In this document: positions 38,367 to 51,600 of the stretch, piece by piece | How positions within the stretch are numbered: position 1 is the stretch's first letter | How the letters are laid out: each line of letters starts with the position of its first letter | From: Nemertoderma westbladi | Lineage: Eukaryota; Animalia; Xenacoelomorpha | Length of the DNA: 64,000 nt | Direction of reading: 5' to 3' | Assembly (NCBI GenBank): GCA_032718475.1 | Contig: JAUCBJ010001213.1 | Span: 1 to 64,000, forward strand | Made by a program: the position numbers and the translations under genes | Notes under the pieces: generated by a model | What the model saw: the letters and a program-made list of their open reading frames with translations, nothing else | What the model was told of the DNA's origin: nothing | The model's database searches: none

Positions 38367-38968
38367 TATTTTTCATAATTTACCCCTAAATTAAAAACTT
38401 ATAATTACTACGATAAACGCAATGAAACATTATATCCTAAAAGTGTTGTGATATACCAGAACCAGATTATTAACCAGGAAGTTGGTTATGAAATAGCGCC
38501 TTTTAAAGCTTCTTTAACGAAAGTTTAAGTTTAAGTTACTGTTGATCTGCAAAATATTAAATAACTGAAAAAAATCAGCATCGCATTGAATTAGGACCAT
38601 TAAGGAATATTTGTATTGAATATGAATTTCCGATATTAATGTATTATTGGACATAAATTATAAAGATGACACGAACAAAGTTGAAAATATCGCGTAAAAA
38701 TATTTAATAAATTTAACAAATAATAGGTTAACATATCTTAGTCATTATTAATAGAATGTTTAAGTGCAGCAAAACAATAGACCGAATGATTGACATAATA
38801 GTTTAATTAAAAATAATAAATAAATATAAGTTGCATAGCCAATAGTCTCCAAGTACGGAATAAAGAGTCATCCAATGGAATAGACGATGCTAATCGAATA
38901 GCTGTGATTGGAGGATGACTACTCACTGTTCGTCTGGTGTGTCCATACTAAACGCTCGTTATGGTTGC

Positions 38969-39102
38969 TTACGTTAATTCGACGTAATTAGCCGGGAACA
39001 TTCCGAATTTACCATGACAAAGACCCTTCCACCAACCCGAATCAATGACCTCAATGTCTGTTATGACGTCACCAGGGTCGAACGATATTTCGTCATCATC
39101 TT
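38969..39102 (-). CDS. CTTN: Cortactin, last coding exon (SH3 domain)
   Basis: Acceptor ttctacttgtag, phase 1; (E)[43 protein letters not shown], closely resembling cortactin SH3. Confidence 0.92.
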
Positions 39103-39128
39103 CTACAAGTAGAAAAAATAAAATAACG

Positions 39129-42100
39129 AACTAGCTAGGCCTATTATTTACTTAATTCAACTAGGGCCTAGCTAGGCCTATTATTTACTTAATTCAACTA
39201 GCTAGGCCTATTATTTACTTAATTCAACTAGCTAGGCCTATTATTTACTTAATTCAACTAGCTAGGCCTATTATTTACTTAATTCAACTAGCTAGGCCTA
39301 TTATTTACTTAATTCAACTAGCTAGGCCTATTATTTACTTAATTCAACTAGCTAGGCCTATTATTTACTTAATTCAACTAGCTAGGCCTATTATTTACTT
39401 AATTCACTAGGCCTAGCTAGGCCTATTATTTACTTAATTCAACTAGCTAGGCCTATTATTTACTTAATTCAACTAGCTAGGCCTATTATTTACTTAATTC
39501 AACTAGCTAGGCCTATTATTTACTTAATTCAACTAGCTAGGCCTATTATTTACTTAATTCAACTAGCTAGGCCTATTATTTACTTAATTCAACTAGCTAG
39601 GCCTATTATTTACTTAATTCAACTAGCTAGGCCTATTATTTACTTAATTCAACTAGCTAGGCCTATTATTTACTTAATTCAATCTAGCTAGGCCTATTAT
39701 TTACTTAATTCAACTAGGGCCTAGCTAGGCCTATTATTTACTTAATTCACTAGCTAGCTAGGCCTATTATTTACTTAATTCAACTAGCTAGGCCTATTAT
39801 TTACTTAATTCAACTAGCTAGGCCTATTATTTACTTAATTCAACTAGCTAGGCCTATTATTTACTTAATTCAACTAGCTAGGCCTATTATTTACTTAATT
39901 CAACTAGCTAGGCCTATTATTTACTTAATTCAACTAGCTAGGCCTATTATTTACTTAATTCAACTAGCTAGGCCTATTATTTACTTAATTCAACTAGCTA
40001 GGCCTATTATTTACTTAATTCAACTAGCTAGGCCTATTATTTACTTAATTCAACTAGCTAGGCCTATTATTTACTTAATTCAACTAGCTAGGCCTATTAT
40101 TTACTTAATTCAACTAGCTAGGCCTATTATTTACTTAATTCAACTAGCTAGGCCTATTATTTACTTAATTCAACTAGCTAGGCCTATTATTTACTTAATT
40201 CAACTAGCTAGGCCTATTATTTACTTAATTCAACTAGCTAGGCCTATTATTTACTTAATTCAACTAGCTAGGCCTATTATTTACTTAATTCAACTAGCTA
40301 GGCCTATTATTTACTTAATTCAACTAGCTAGGCCTATTATTTACTTAATTCAACTAGCTAGGCCTATTATTTACTTAATTCAACTAGCTAGGCCTATTAT
40401 TTACTTAATTCAACTAGCTAGGCCTATTATTTACTTAATTCAACTAGCTAGGCCTATTATTTACTTAATTCAACTAGCTAGGCCTATTATTTACTTAATT
40501 CAACTAGCTAGGCCTATTATTTACTTAATTCAACTAGCTAGGCCTATTATTTACTTAATTCAACTAGCTAGGCCTATTATTTACTTAATTCAACTAGCTA
40601 GGCCTATTATTTACTTAATTCAACTAGCTAGGCCTATTATTTACTTAATTCAACTAGCTAGGCCTATTATTTACTTAATTCAACTAGCTAGGCCTATTAT
40701 TTACTTAATTCAACTAGCTAGGCCTATTATTTACTTAATTCAACTAGCTAGGCCTATTATTTACTTAATTCAACTAGCTAGGCCTATTATTTACTTAATT
40801 CAACTAGCTAGGCCTATTATTTACTTAATTCAACTAGCTAGGCCTATTATTTACTTAATTCAACTAGCTAGGCCTATTATTTACTTAATTCAACTAGCTA
40901 GGCCTATTATTTACTTAATTCAACTAGCTAGGCCTATTATTTACTTAATTCAACTAGCTAGGCCTATTATTTACTTAATTCAACTAGCTAGGCCTATTAT
41001 TTACTTAATTCAACTAGCTAGGCCTATTATTTACTTAATTCAACTAGCTAGGCCTATTATTTACTTAATTCAACTAGCTAGGCCTATTATTTACTTAATT
41101 CAACTAGCTAGGCCTATTATTTACTTAATTCAACTAGCTAGGCCTATTATTTACTTAATTCAACTAGCTAGGCCTATTATTTACTTAATTCAACTAGCTA
41201 GGCCTATTATTTACTTAATTCAACTAGCTAGGCCTATTATTTACTTAATTCAACTAGCTAGGCCTATTATTTACTTAATTCAACTAGCTAGGCCTATTAT
41301 TTACTTAATTCAACTAGCTAGGCCTATTATTTACTTAATTCAACTAGCTAGGCCTATTATTTACTTAATTCAACTAGCTAGGCCTATTATTTACTTAATT
41401 CAACTAGCTAGAGGCCTATTATTTACTTAATTCAACTAGCTAGGCCTATTATTTACTTAATTCAACTAGCTAGGCCTATTATTTACTTAATTCAACTAGC
41501 TAGGCCTATTATTTACTTAATTCAACTAGCTAGGCCTATTATTTACTTAATTCAACTAGCTAGGCCTATTATTTACTTAATTCAACTAGCTAGGCCTATT
41601 ATTTACTTAATTCAACTAGCTAGGCCTATTATTTACTTAATTCAACTAGCTAGGCCTATTATTTACTTAATTCAACTAGCTAGGCCTATTATTTACTTAA
41701 TTCAACTAGCTAGGCCTATTATTTACTTAATTCAACTAGCTAGGCCTATTATTTACTTAATTCAACTAGCTAGGCCTATTATTTACTTAATTCAACTAGC
41801 TAGGCCTATTATTTACTTAATTCAACTAGCTAGGCCTATTATTTACTTAATTCAACTAGCTAGGCCTATTATTTACTTAATTCAACTAGCTAGGCCTATT
41901 ATTTACTTAATTCAACTAGCTAGGCCTATTATTTACTTAATTCAACTAGCTAGGCCTATTATTTACTTAATTCAACTAGCTAGGCCTATTATTTACTTAA
42001 TTCAACTAGCTAGGCCTATTATTTACTTAATTCAACTAGCTAGGCCTATTATTTACTTAATTCAACTAGCTAGGCCTATTATTTACTTAATTCAACTAGC

Positions 42101-45100
42101 TAGGCCTATTATTTACTTAATTCAACTAGCTAGGCCTATTATTTACTTAATTCAACTAGCTAGGCCTATTATTTACTTAATTCAACTAGCTAGGCCTATT
42201 ATTTACTTAATTCAACTAGCTAGGCCTATTATTTACTTAATTCAACTAGCTAGGCCTATTATTTACTTAATTCAACTAGCTAGGCCTATTATTTACTTAA
42301 TTCAACTAGCTAGGCCTATTATTTACTTAATTCAACTAGCTAGGCCTATTATTTACTTAATTCAACTAGCTAGGCCTATTATTTACTTAATTCAACTAGC
42401 TAGGCCTATTATTTACTTAATTCAACTAGCTAGGCCTATTATTTACTTAATTCAACTAGCTAGGCCTATTATTTACTTAATTCAACTAGCTAGGCCTATT
42501 ATTTACTTAATTCAACTAGCTAGGCCTATTATTTACTTAATTCAACTAGCTAGGCCTATTATTTACTTAATTCAACTAGCTAGGCCTATTATTTACTTAA
42601 TTCAACTAGCTAGGCCTATTATTTACTTAATTCAACTAGCTAGGCCTATTATTTACTTAATTCAACTAGCTAGGCCTATTATTTACTTAATTCAACTAGC
42701 TAGGCCTATTATTTACTTAATTCAACTAGCTAGGCCTATTATTTACTTAATTCAACTAGCTAGGCCTATTATTTACTTAATTCAACTAGCTAGGCCTATT
42801 ATTTACTTAATTCAACTAGCTAGGCCTATTATTTACTTAATTCAACTAGCTAGGCCTATTATTTACTTAATTCAACTAGCTAGGCCTATTATTTACTTAA
42901 TTCAACTAGCTAGGCCTATTATTTACTTAATTCAACTAGCTAGGCCTATTATTTACTTAATTCAACTAGCTAGGCCTATTATTTACTTAATTCAACTAGC
43001 TAGGCCTATTATTTACTTAATTCAACTAGCTAGGCCTATTATTTACTTAATTCAACTAGCTAGGCCTATTATTTACTTAATTCAACTAGCTAGGCCTATT
43101 ATTTACTTAATTCAACTAGCTAGGCCTATTATTTACTTAATTCAACTAGCTAGGCCTATTATTTACTTAATTCAACTAGCTAGGCCTATTATTTACTTAA
43201 TTCAACTAGCTAGGCCTATTATTTACTTAATTCAACTAGCTAGGCCTATTATTTACTTAATTCAACTAGCTAGGCCTATTATTTACTTAATTCAACTAGC
43301 TAGGCCTATTATTTACTTAATTCAACTAGCTAGGCCTATTATTTACTTAATTCAACTAGCTAGGCCTATTATTTACTTAATTCAACTAGCTAGGCCTATT
43401 ATTTACTTAATTCAACTAGCTAGGCCTATTATTTACTTAATTCAACTAGCTAGGCCTATTATTTACTTAATTCAACTAGCTAGGCCTATTATTTACTTAA
43501 TTCAACTAGCTAGGCCTATTATTTACTTAATTCAACTAGCTAGGCCTATTATTTACTTAATTCAACTAGCTAGGCCTATTATTTACTTAATTCAACTAGC
43601 TAGGCCTATTATTTACTTAATTCAACTAGCTAGGCCTATTATTTACTTAATTCAACTAGCTAGGCCTATTATTTACTTAATTCAACTAGCTAGGCCTATT
43701 ATTTACTTAATTCAACTAGCTAGGCCTATTATTTACTTAATTCAACTAGCTAGGCCTATTATTTACTTAATTCAACTAGCTAGGCCTATTATTTACTTAA
43801 TTCAACTAGCTAGGCCTATTATTTACTTAATTCAACTAGCTAGGCCTATTATTTACTTAATTCAACTAGCTAGGCCTATTATTTACTTAATTCAACTAGC
43901 TAGGCCTATTATTTACTTAATTCAACTAGCTAGGCCTATTATTTACTTAATTCAACTAGCTAGGCCTATTATTTACTTAATTCAACTAGCTAGGCCTATT
44001 ATTTACTTAATTCAACTAGCTAGGCCTATTATTTACTTAATTCAACTAGCTAGGCCTATTATTTACTTAATTCAACTAGCTAGGCCTATTATTTACTTAA
44101 TTCAACTAGCTAGGCCTATTATTTACTTAATTCAACTAGCTAGGCCTATTATTTACTTAATTCAACTAGCTAGGCCTATTATTTACTTAATTCAACTAGC
44201 TAGGCCTATTATTTACTTAATTCAACTAGCTAGGCCTATTATTTACTTAATTCAACTAGCTAGGCCTATTATTTACTTAATTCAACTAGCTAGGCCTATT
44301 ATTTACTTAATTCAACTAGCTAGGCCTATTATTTACTTAATTCAACTAGCTAGGCCTATTATTTACTTAATTCAACTAGCTAGGCCTATTATTTACTTAA
44401 TTCAACTAGCTAGGCCTATTATTTACTTAATTCAACTAGCTAGGCCTATTATTTACTTAATTCAACTAGCTAGGCCTATTATTTACTTAATTAAACTAGC
44501 TAGGCCTATTATTTACTTAATTCAACTAGCTAGGCCTATTATTTACTTAATTCAACTAGCTAGGCCTATTATTTACTTAATTCAACTAGCTAGGCCTATT
44601 ATTTACTTAATTCAACTAGCTAGGCCTATTATTTACTTAATTCAACTAGCTAGGCCTATTATTTACTTAATTCAACTAGCTAGGCCTATTATTTACTTAA
44701 TTCAACTAGCTAGGCCTATTATTTACTTAATTCAACTAGCTAGGCCTATTATTTACTTAATTCAACTAGCTAGGCCTATTATTTACTTAATTCAACTAGC
44801 TAGGCCTATTATTTACTTAATTCAACTAGCTAGGCCTATTATTTACTTAATTCAACTAGCTAGGCCTATTATTTACTTAATTCAACTAGCTAGGCCTATT
44901 ATTTACTTAATTCAACTAGCTAGGCCTATTATTTACTTAATTCAACTAGCTAGGCCTATTATTTACTTAATTCAACTAGCTAGGCCTATTATTTACTTAA
45001 TTCAACTAGCTAGGCCTATTATTTACTTAATTCAACTAGCTAGGCCTATTATTTACTTAATTCAACTAGCTAGGCCTATTATTTACTTAATTCAACTAGC

Positions 45101-45364
45101 TAGGCCTATTATTTACTTAATTCAACTAGCTAGGCCTATTATTTACTTAATTCAACTAGCTAGGCCTATTATTTACTTAATTCAACTAGCTAGGCCTATT
45201 ATTTACTTAATTCAACTAGCTAGGCCTATTATTTACTTAATTCAACTAGCTAGGCCTATTATTTACTTAATTCAACTAGCTAGGCCTATTATTTACTTAA
45301 TTCAACTAGCTAGGCCTATTATTTACTTAATTCAACTAGCTAGGCCTATTATTTACTTAATTCA
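39129..45364. repeat. Near-perfect 30-bp satellite filling the cortactin last intron
   Basis: Unit AACTAGCTAGGCCTATTATTTACTTAATTC, about 208 copies, only a few variants. Confidence 0.98.
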
Positions 45365-45481
45365 CTTTCGCCCCATTCAAAGAAGTGGCTTTCAGACAGA
45401 CAGACAGACAGACAATGGAATGAAACGAAACGCAGCCAGTCGGAAGCTCTTCGATTTCTGTGTAAACAGTAAACCACTAAC

Positions 45482-45641
45482 CAGCTTGGTAATCGTATAT
45501 TGCTACAGCGTCTGTTCCTTTTAGTTCGCTGGTTGTAGCGTAAGTTCCATCGTCTTCCTCTTCCACAGGTCCAGCCTCATCCTCTCTACTGAAAGCCTCG
45601 TAATCACATTCCTCAACCTCATTGTCCGGCAAACTGGAATA
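45482..45641 (-). CDS. CTTN: Cortactin, penultimate coding exon (Tyr-containing acidic region and SH3 start)
   Basis: Acceptor ttcttctag, donor gttagt; 160 bp, phase 0 to 1; YSSLPDNEVEECDYEAF...GTYATTSELKGTDAVAIYDYQA; joins in frame to the SH3 exon. Confidence 0.9.
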
Positions 45642-45644
45642 CTA

Positions 45645-48600
45645 GAAGAATAAAGTAGCCATGGAGAATAAAGTAGCCATGGAGAATAAAGTAGCCATGG
45701 AGAATAAAGTAACCATGGATAATAAAGTAGCGATGAGAAATAAGTATCCATGGAGAATCATGGAGAATAAATAAAGTAGCCATGGAGAATAAAGTAGCCA
45801 TGGAGAATAAAGTAGCCATGGAGAATAATGTAGCCATAGTAGAATAAAGTAGCCATGGAGAATAAAGTAGCCATGGAGAATAAAGTAGCCATGGAGAATA
45901 AAGTAGCCATGGAGAATAAAGTAGCCATGGAGAATAAAGTAGCCATGGAGAATAAAGTAGCGATGGAGAAATAAGTATCCATGGAGAATCATGGAGAATA
46001 AATAAAGTAGCCATGGAGAATAAAGTAGCCATGGAGAATAAAGTAGCCATGGAGAATAAAGTAACCATGGAGAATAATGTAGCCATAGTAGAATAAAGTA
46101 GCCATGGATAATAAAGTAGCCATGGAGAATAAAGTAGCCATGGAGAATAAAGTAGCCATGGAGAATAAAGTAGCGATGGAGAAATAAGTATCCATGGAGA
46201 ATCATGGAGAATAAATAAAGTAGCCATGGAGAATAAAGTTGCCATGGAGAATAAAGTAGCCATGGAGAATAAAGTAGCCATGGAGAATAAAGTAACCATG
46301 GAGAATAAAGTAGCGATGGAGAATAAAGTAGCCATGGAGAATAAAGTAGCGATGGAGAATAAAGTAGCCATGGAGAATAAAGTAGTCATGGAGAATAAAG
46401 TAGCCATGGAGAATAAAGTAGTCATGGAGAATAAAGTAGCGATGGAGAATAAAGTAGCCATGGAGAATAAAGTAGCCATGGAGAATAAATAAAGTAGCCA
46501 TGGAGAATAAAGTAGCCATGGAGAATAAAGTAGTCATGGAGAATAAAGTAGCGATGGAGAAATAAGTATCCATGGAGAATAAATAAAGTAGCCATGGAGA
46601 ATAAAGTAGCGATGGAGAAATAAGTATCCATGGAGAATAAAGTAGCCATGGAGAATAAAGTAGCCATGGAGAATAAAGTAGCCATGGAGAATAAAGTAGC
46701 CATGGAGAATAAAGTAGCCATGGAGAATAAATAAAGTAGCCATGGAGAATAAAGTAGCCATGGAGAATAAAGTAGTCATGGAGAATAAAGTAGCGATGGA
46801 GAAATAAGTATCCATGGAGAATAAATAAAGTAGCCATGGAGAATAAAGTAGCGATGGAGAAATAAGTATCCATGGAGAATAAATAAAGTAGCCATGGAGA
46901 ATAATGTAGCCATAGTAGAATAAAGTAGCCATGGAGAATAAAGTAGCCATGGAGAATAAAGTAGCCATGGAGAATAAAGTAGCCATGGAGAATAAAGTAG
47001 CCATGGAGAATAAAGTAGCCATGGAGAATAAAGTAGCCATGGAGAATAAAGTAGCGATGGAGAAATAAGTATCCATGGAGAATCATGGAGAATAAATAAA
47101 GTAGCCATGGAGAATAAAGTAGCCATGGAGAATAATGTAGCCATAGTAGAATAAAGTAGCCATGGAGAATAAAGTAGCCATGGAGAATAATGTAGCCATA
47201 GTAGAATAAAGTAGCCATGGAGAATAAAGTAGCCATGGAGAATAAAGTAGCCATGGAGAATAAAGTAGCGATGGAGAAATAAGTATCCATGGAGAATCAT
47301 GGAGAATAAATAAAGTAGCCATGGAGAATAAAGTAGCCATGGAGAATAAAGTAGCCATGGAGAATAAAGTAGCCATGGAGAATAAAGTAACCATGGAGAA
47401 TAAAGTAGCGATGGAGAATAAAGTAGCCATGGAGAATAAAGTAGCGATGGAGAAATAAGTATCCATGGAGAATCATGGAGAATAAATAAAGTAGCCATGG
47501 AGAATAAAGTAGCCATGGAGAATAAAGTAGTCATGGAGAATAAAGTAGCGATGGAGAAATAAGTATCCATGGAGAATAAATAAAGTAGCCATGGAGAATA
47601 AAGTAGCGATGGAGAAATAAGTATCCATGGAGAATAAATAAAGTAGCCATGGAGAATAAAGTAGCCATGGAGAATAAAGTAGCCATGGAGAATAAATAAA
47701 GTAGCCATGGAGAATAAAGTAGCCATGGAGAATAAAGTATCCATGGAGAATCATGGAGAATAAATAAAGTAGCCATGGAGAATAAAGTAGCCATGGAGAA
47801 TAAAGTAGCCATGGAGAATAAAGTAGCCATGGAGAATAAAGTAGCGATGGAGAAATAAGTATCCATGGAGAATCATGGAGAATAAATAAAGTAGCCATGG
47901 AGAATAAAGTAGCCATGGAGAATAAAGTAGTCATGGAGAATAAAGTAGCCATGGAGAATAAAGTAGCCATGGAGAATAAAGTAGCGATGGAGAATAAAGT
48001 AGCCATGGAGAATAAAGTAGCCATGGAGAATAAAGTAGCCATGGAGAATAAAGTAGCCATGGAGAATAAAGTAGCGATGGAGAATAAAGTAGCCATGGAG
48101 AATAAAGTAGCCATGGAGAATAAAGTAGCCATGGAGAATAAAGTAGCCATGGAGAATAAAGTAGCCATGGAGAATAAAGTAGCCATGGAGAATAAAGGAG
48201 CCATGGAGAATAAAGTAGCCATGGAGAATAAAGTAGCGATGGAGAATAAAGTAGCCATGGAGAATAAAGTAGCCATGGAGAATAAAGTAGCCATGGAGAA
48301 TAAAGTAGCCATGGAGAATAAAGTAGCCATGGAGAATAAAGTAGCCATGGAGAATAAAGTAGCCATGGAGAATAAAGTAGCCATGGAGAATAAAGTAGCC
48401 ATGGAGAATAAAGTAGCCATGGAGAATAAAGTAGCGATGGAGAATAAAGTAGCCATGGAGAATAAAGTAGCCATGGAGAATAAAGTAACCATGGTAGAAT
48501 AAAGTAGCCATGGAGAATAAAGTAGCCATGGAGAATAAAGTAGCCATGGAGAATAAAGTAGCCACGGAGAATAAAGTAGCCATGGAGAATAAAGTAGCCA

Positions 48601-51600
48601 TGGAGAATAAAGTAGCGATGGAGAATAAAGTAGCCCTGGGGAATAAAGTAGCCATGGAGAATAAAGTAGCCATGGAGAATAAAGTAGCGATGGAGAATAA
48701 AGTAGCGATGGAGAATAAAGTAGTCATGGAGAATAAAGTAGTCATGGAGAATAAAGTAGCGATGGAGAAATAAGTATCCATGGAGAATCATGGAGAATAA
48801 ATAAAGTAGCCATGGAGAATAAAGTTGCCATGGAGAATAAAGTAGCCATGGAGAAATAAGTATCCATGGAGAATCATGGAGAATAAATAAAGTAGCCATG
48901 GAGAATAAAGTAGCCATGGAGAATAAAGTAGTCATGGAGAATAAAGTAACCATGGAGAATAAAGTAGCCATGGAGAATAAAGTAGCCATGGAGAATAAAG
49001 TAGCCATGGAGAATAAAGTAGCCATGGAGAATAAAGTAGCCATGGAGAATAAAGTAGCCATGGAGAATAAAGTAGTCATGGAGAATAAAGTAGCCATGGA
49101 GAATAAAGTAGCGATGGAGAATAAAGTAGCGATGGAGAATAAAGTAGTCATGGAGAATAAAGTAGCCATGGAGAATAAAGTAACCATGGAGAATAAAGTA
49201 GCCATGGAGAATAAAGTAGCCATGGAGAATAAAGTAGCCATGGAGAATAAAGTAGCCATGGAGAATAAAGTAGCCACGGAGAATAAAGTAGCGATGGAGA
49301 ATAAAGTAGCCATGGAGAATAAAGTAGCGATGGAGAAATAAGTATCCATGGAGAATCATGGAGAATAAATAAAGTAGCCATGGAGAATAAAGTAGCCATG
49401 GAGAATAAAGTAGTCATGGAGAATAAAGTAACCATGGTAGAATAAAGTAGCCATGGAGAATAAAGTAGCCATGGAGAATAAAGTAGCCATGGAGAATAAA
49501 GTTGCCATGGAGAATAAAGTAGCCATGGAGAATAAAGTAGCCATGGAGAATAAAGTAGCCATGGAGAATAAAGTAGCCATGGAGAATAAAGTAGCGATGG
49601 AGAATAAAGTAGCGATGGAGAATAAAGTAGTCATGGAGAATAAAGTAGCCATGGAGAATAAAGTAACCATGGAGAATAAAGTAGCCATGGAGAATAAAGT
49701 AGCCATGGAGAATAAAGTAGCCATGGAGAATAAAGTAGCCATGGAGAATAAAGTAGTCATGGAGAATAAAGTAGCGATGGAGAAATAAGTATCCATGGAG
49801 AATCATGGAGAATAAATAAAGTAGCCATGGAGAATAAAGTAGCCATGGAGAATAAAGTAGCCATGGAGAATAAAGTAGTCATGGAGAATAAAGTAGCGAT
49901 GGAGAAATAAGTATCCATGGAGAATCATGGAGAATAAATAAAGTAGCCATGGAGAATAAAGTAGCCATGGAGAATAAAGTAGCCATGGAGAATAAAGTAG
50001 CGATGGAGAAATACGTATCCATGGAGAATCATGGAGAATAAATAAAGTAGCCATGGAGAATAAAGTAGCCATGGAGAATAAAGTAGCCATGGAGAATAAA
50101 GTAGCCATGGAGAATAAAGTAGTCATGGAGAATAAAGGAGCCATGGAGAATAAAGTAGCCATGGAGAATAAAGTAACCATGGTAGAATAAAGTAGCCATG
50201 GAGAATAAAGTAGCCATGGAGAATAAAGTAGCCATGGAGAATAAAGTAGCCATGGTAGAATAAAGTAGCCATGGAGAATAAAGTAGCCATGGAGAATAAA
50301 GTAGCCATGGAGAATAAAGTAGCCACGGAGAATAAAGTAGCCATGGAGAATAAAGTAGCCATGGAGAATAAAGTAGCGATGGAGAATAAAGTAGCCCTGG
50401 GGAATAAAGTAGCCATGGAGAATAAAGTAGCCATGGAGAATAAAGTAGCGATGGAGAATAAAGTAGCGATGGAGAATAAAGTAGTCATGGAGAATAAAGT
50501 AGCGATGGAGAAATAAGTATCCATGGAGAATCATGGAGAATAAATAAAGTAGCCATGGAGAATAAAGTTGCCATGGAGAATAAAGTAGCCATGGAGAATA
50601 AAGTAGCCATGGAGAATAAAGTAGTCATGGAGAATAAAGTAGCCATGGAGAATAAAGTAGCCATGGAGAATAAAGTAGCCATGGAGAATAAAGTAGCCAT
50701 GGAGAATAAAGTAGCCATGGAGAATAAAGTAGCCATGGAGAATAAAGTAGCCATGGAGAATAAAGTAGCCATGGAGAATAAAGTAGCCATGGAGAAATAA
50801 GTATCCATGGAGAATAAAGTAGCCATGGAGAATAAAGTAGCGATGGAGAATAAAGTAGCCATGGAGAATAAAGTAACCATGGTAGAATAAAGTAGCCATG
50901 GAGAATAAAGTAGCCATGGAGAATAAAGTAGCCATGGAGAATAAAGTAGCCATGGATAATAAAGTAGCCATGGAGAATAAAGTAGCCATGGAGAATAAAG
51001 TAGCCATGGAGAATAAAGTAGTCATGGAGAATAAAGTAGCGATGGAGAAATAAGTATCCATGGAGAATCATGGAGAATAAATAAAGTAGCCATGGAGAAT
51101 AAAGTAGCCATGGAGAATAAAGTAGCCATGGAGAATAAAGTAGCCATGGAGAATAAAGTAGCCATGGAGAATAAAGTAGCCATGGAGAATAAAGTAGCCA
51201 TGGAGAATAAAGTAGTCATGGAGAATAAAGTAGCCATGGAGAATAAAGTAGCCATGGAGAATAAAGTAGCCATGGAGAATAAAGTAGTCATGGAGAATAA
51301 AGTAGCCATGGAGAATAAAGTAGCCATGGAGAATAAAGTAGCCATGGAGAATAAAGTAGCCATGGAGAATAAAGTAGCCATGGAGAATAAAGTAGTCATG
51401 GAGAATAAAGTAGCCATGGAGAATAAAGTAGCCATGGAGAATAAAGTAGTCATGGAGAATAAAGTAGCGATGGAGAATAAAGTAGCCATGGAGAATAAAG
51501 TAGCCATGGAGAATAAAGTAGCCATGGAGAATAAAGTAGTCATGGAGAATAAAGTAGCCATGGAGAATAAAGTAGCCATGGAGAATAAAGTAGTCATGGA

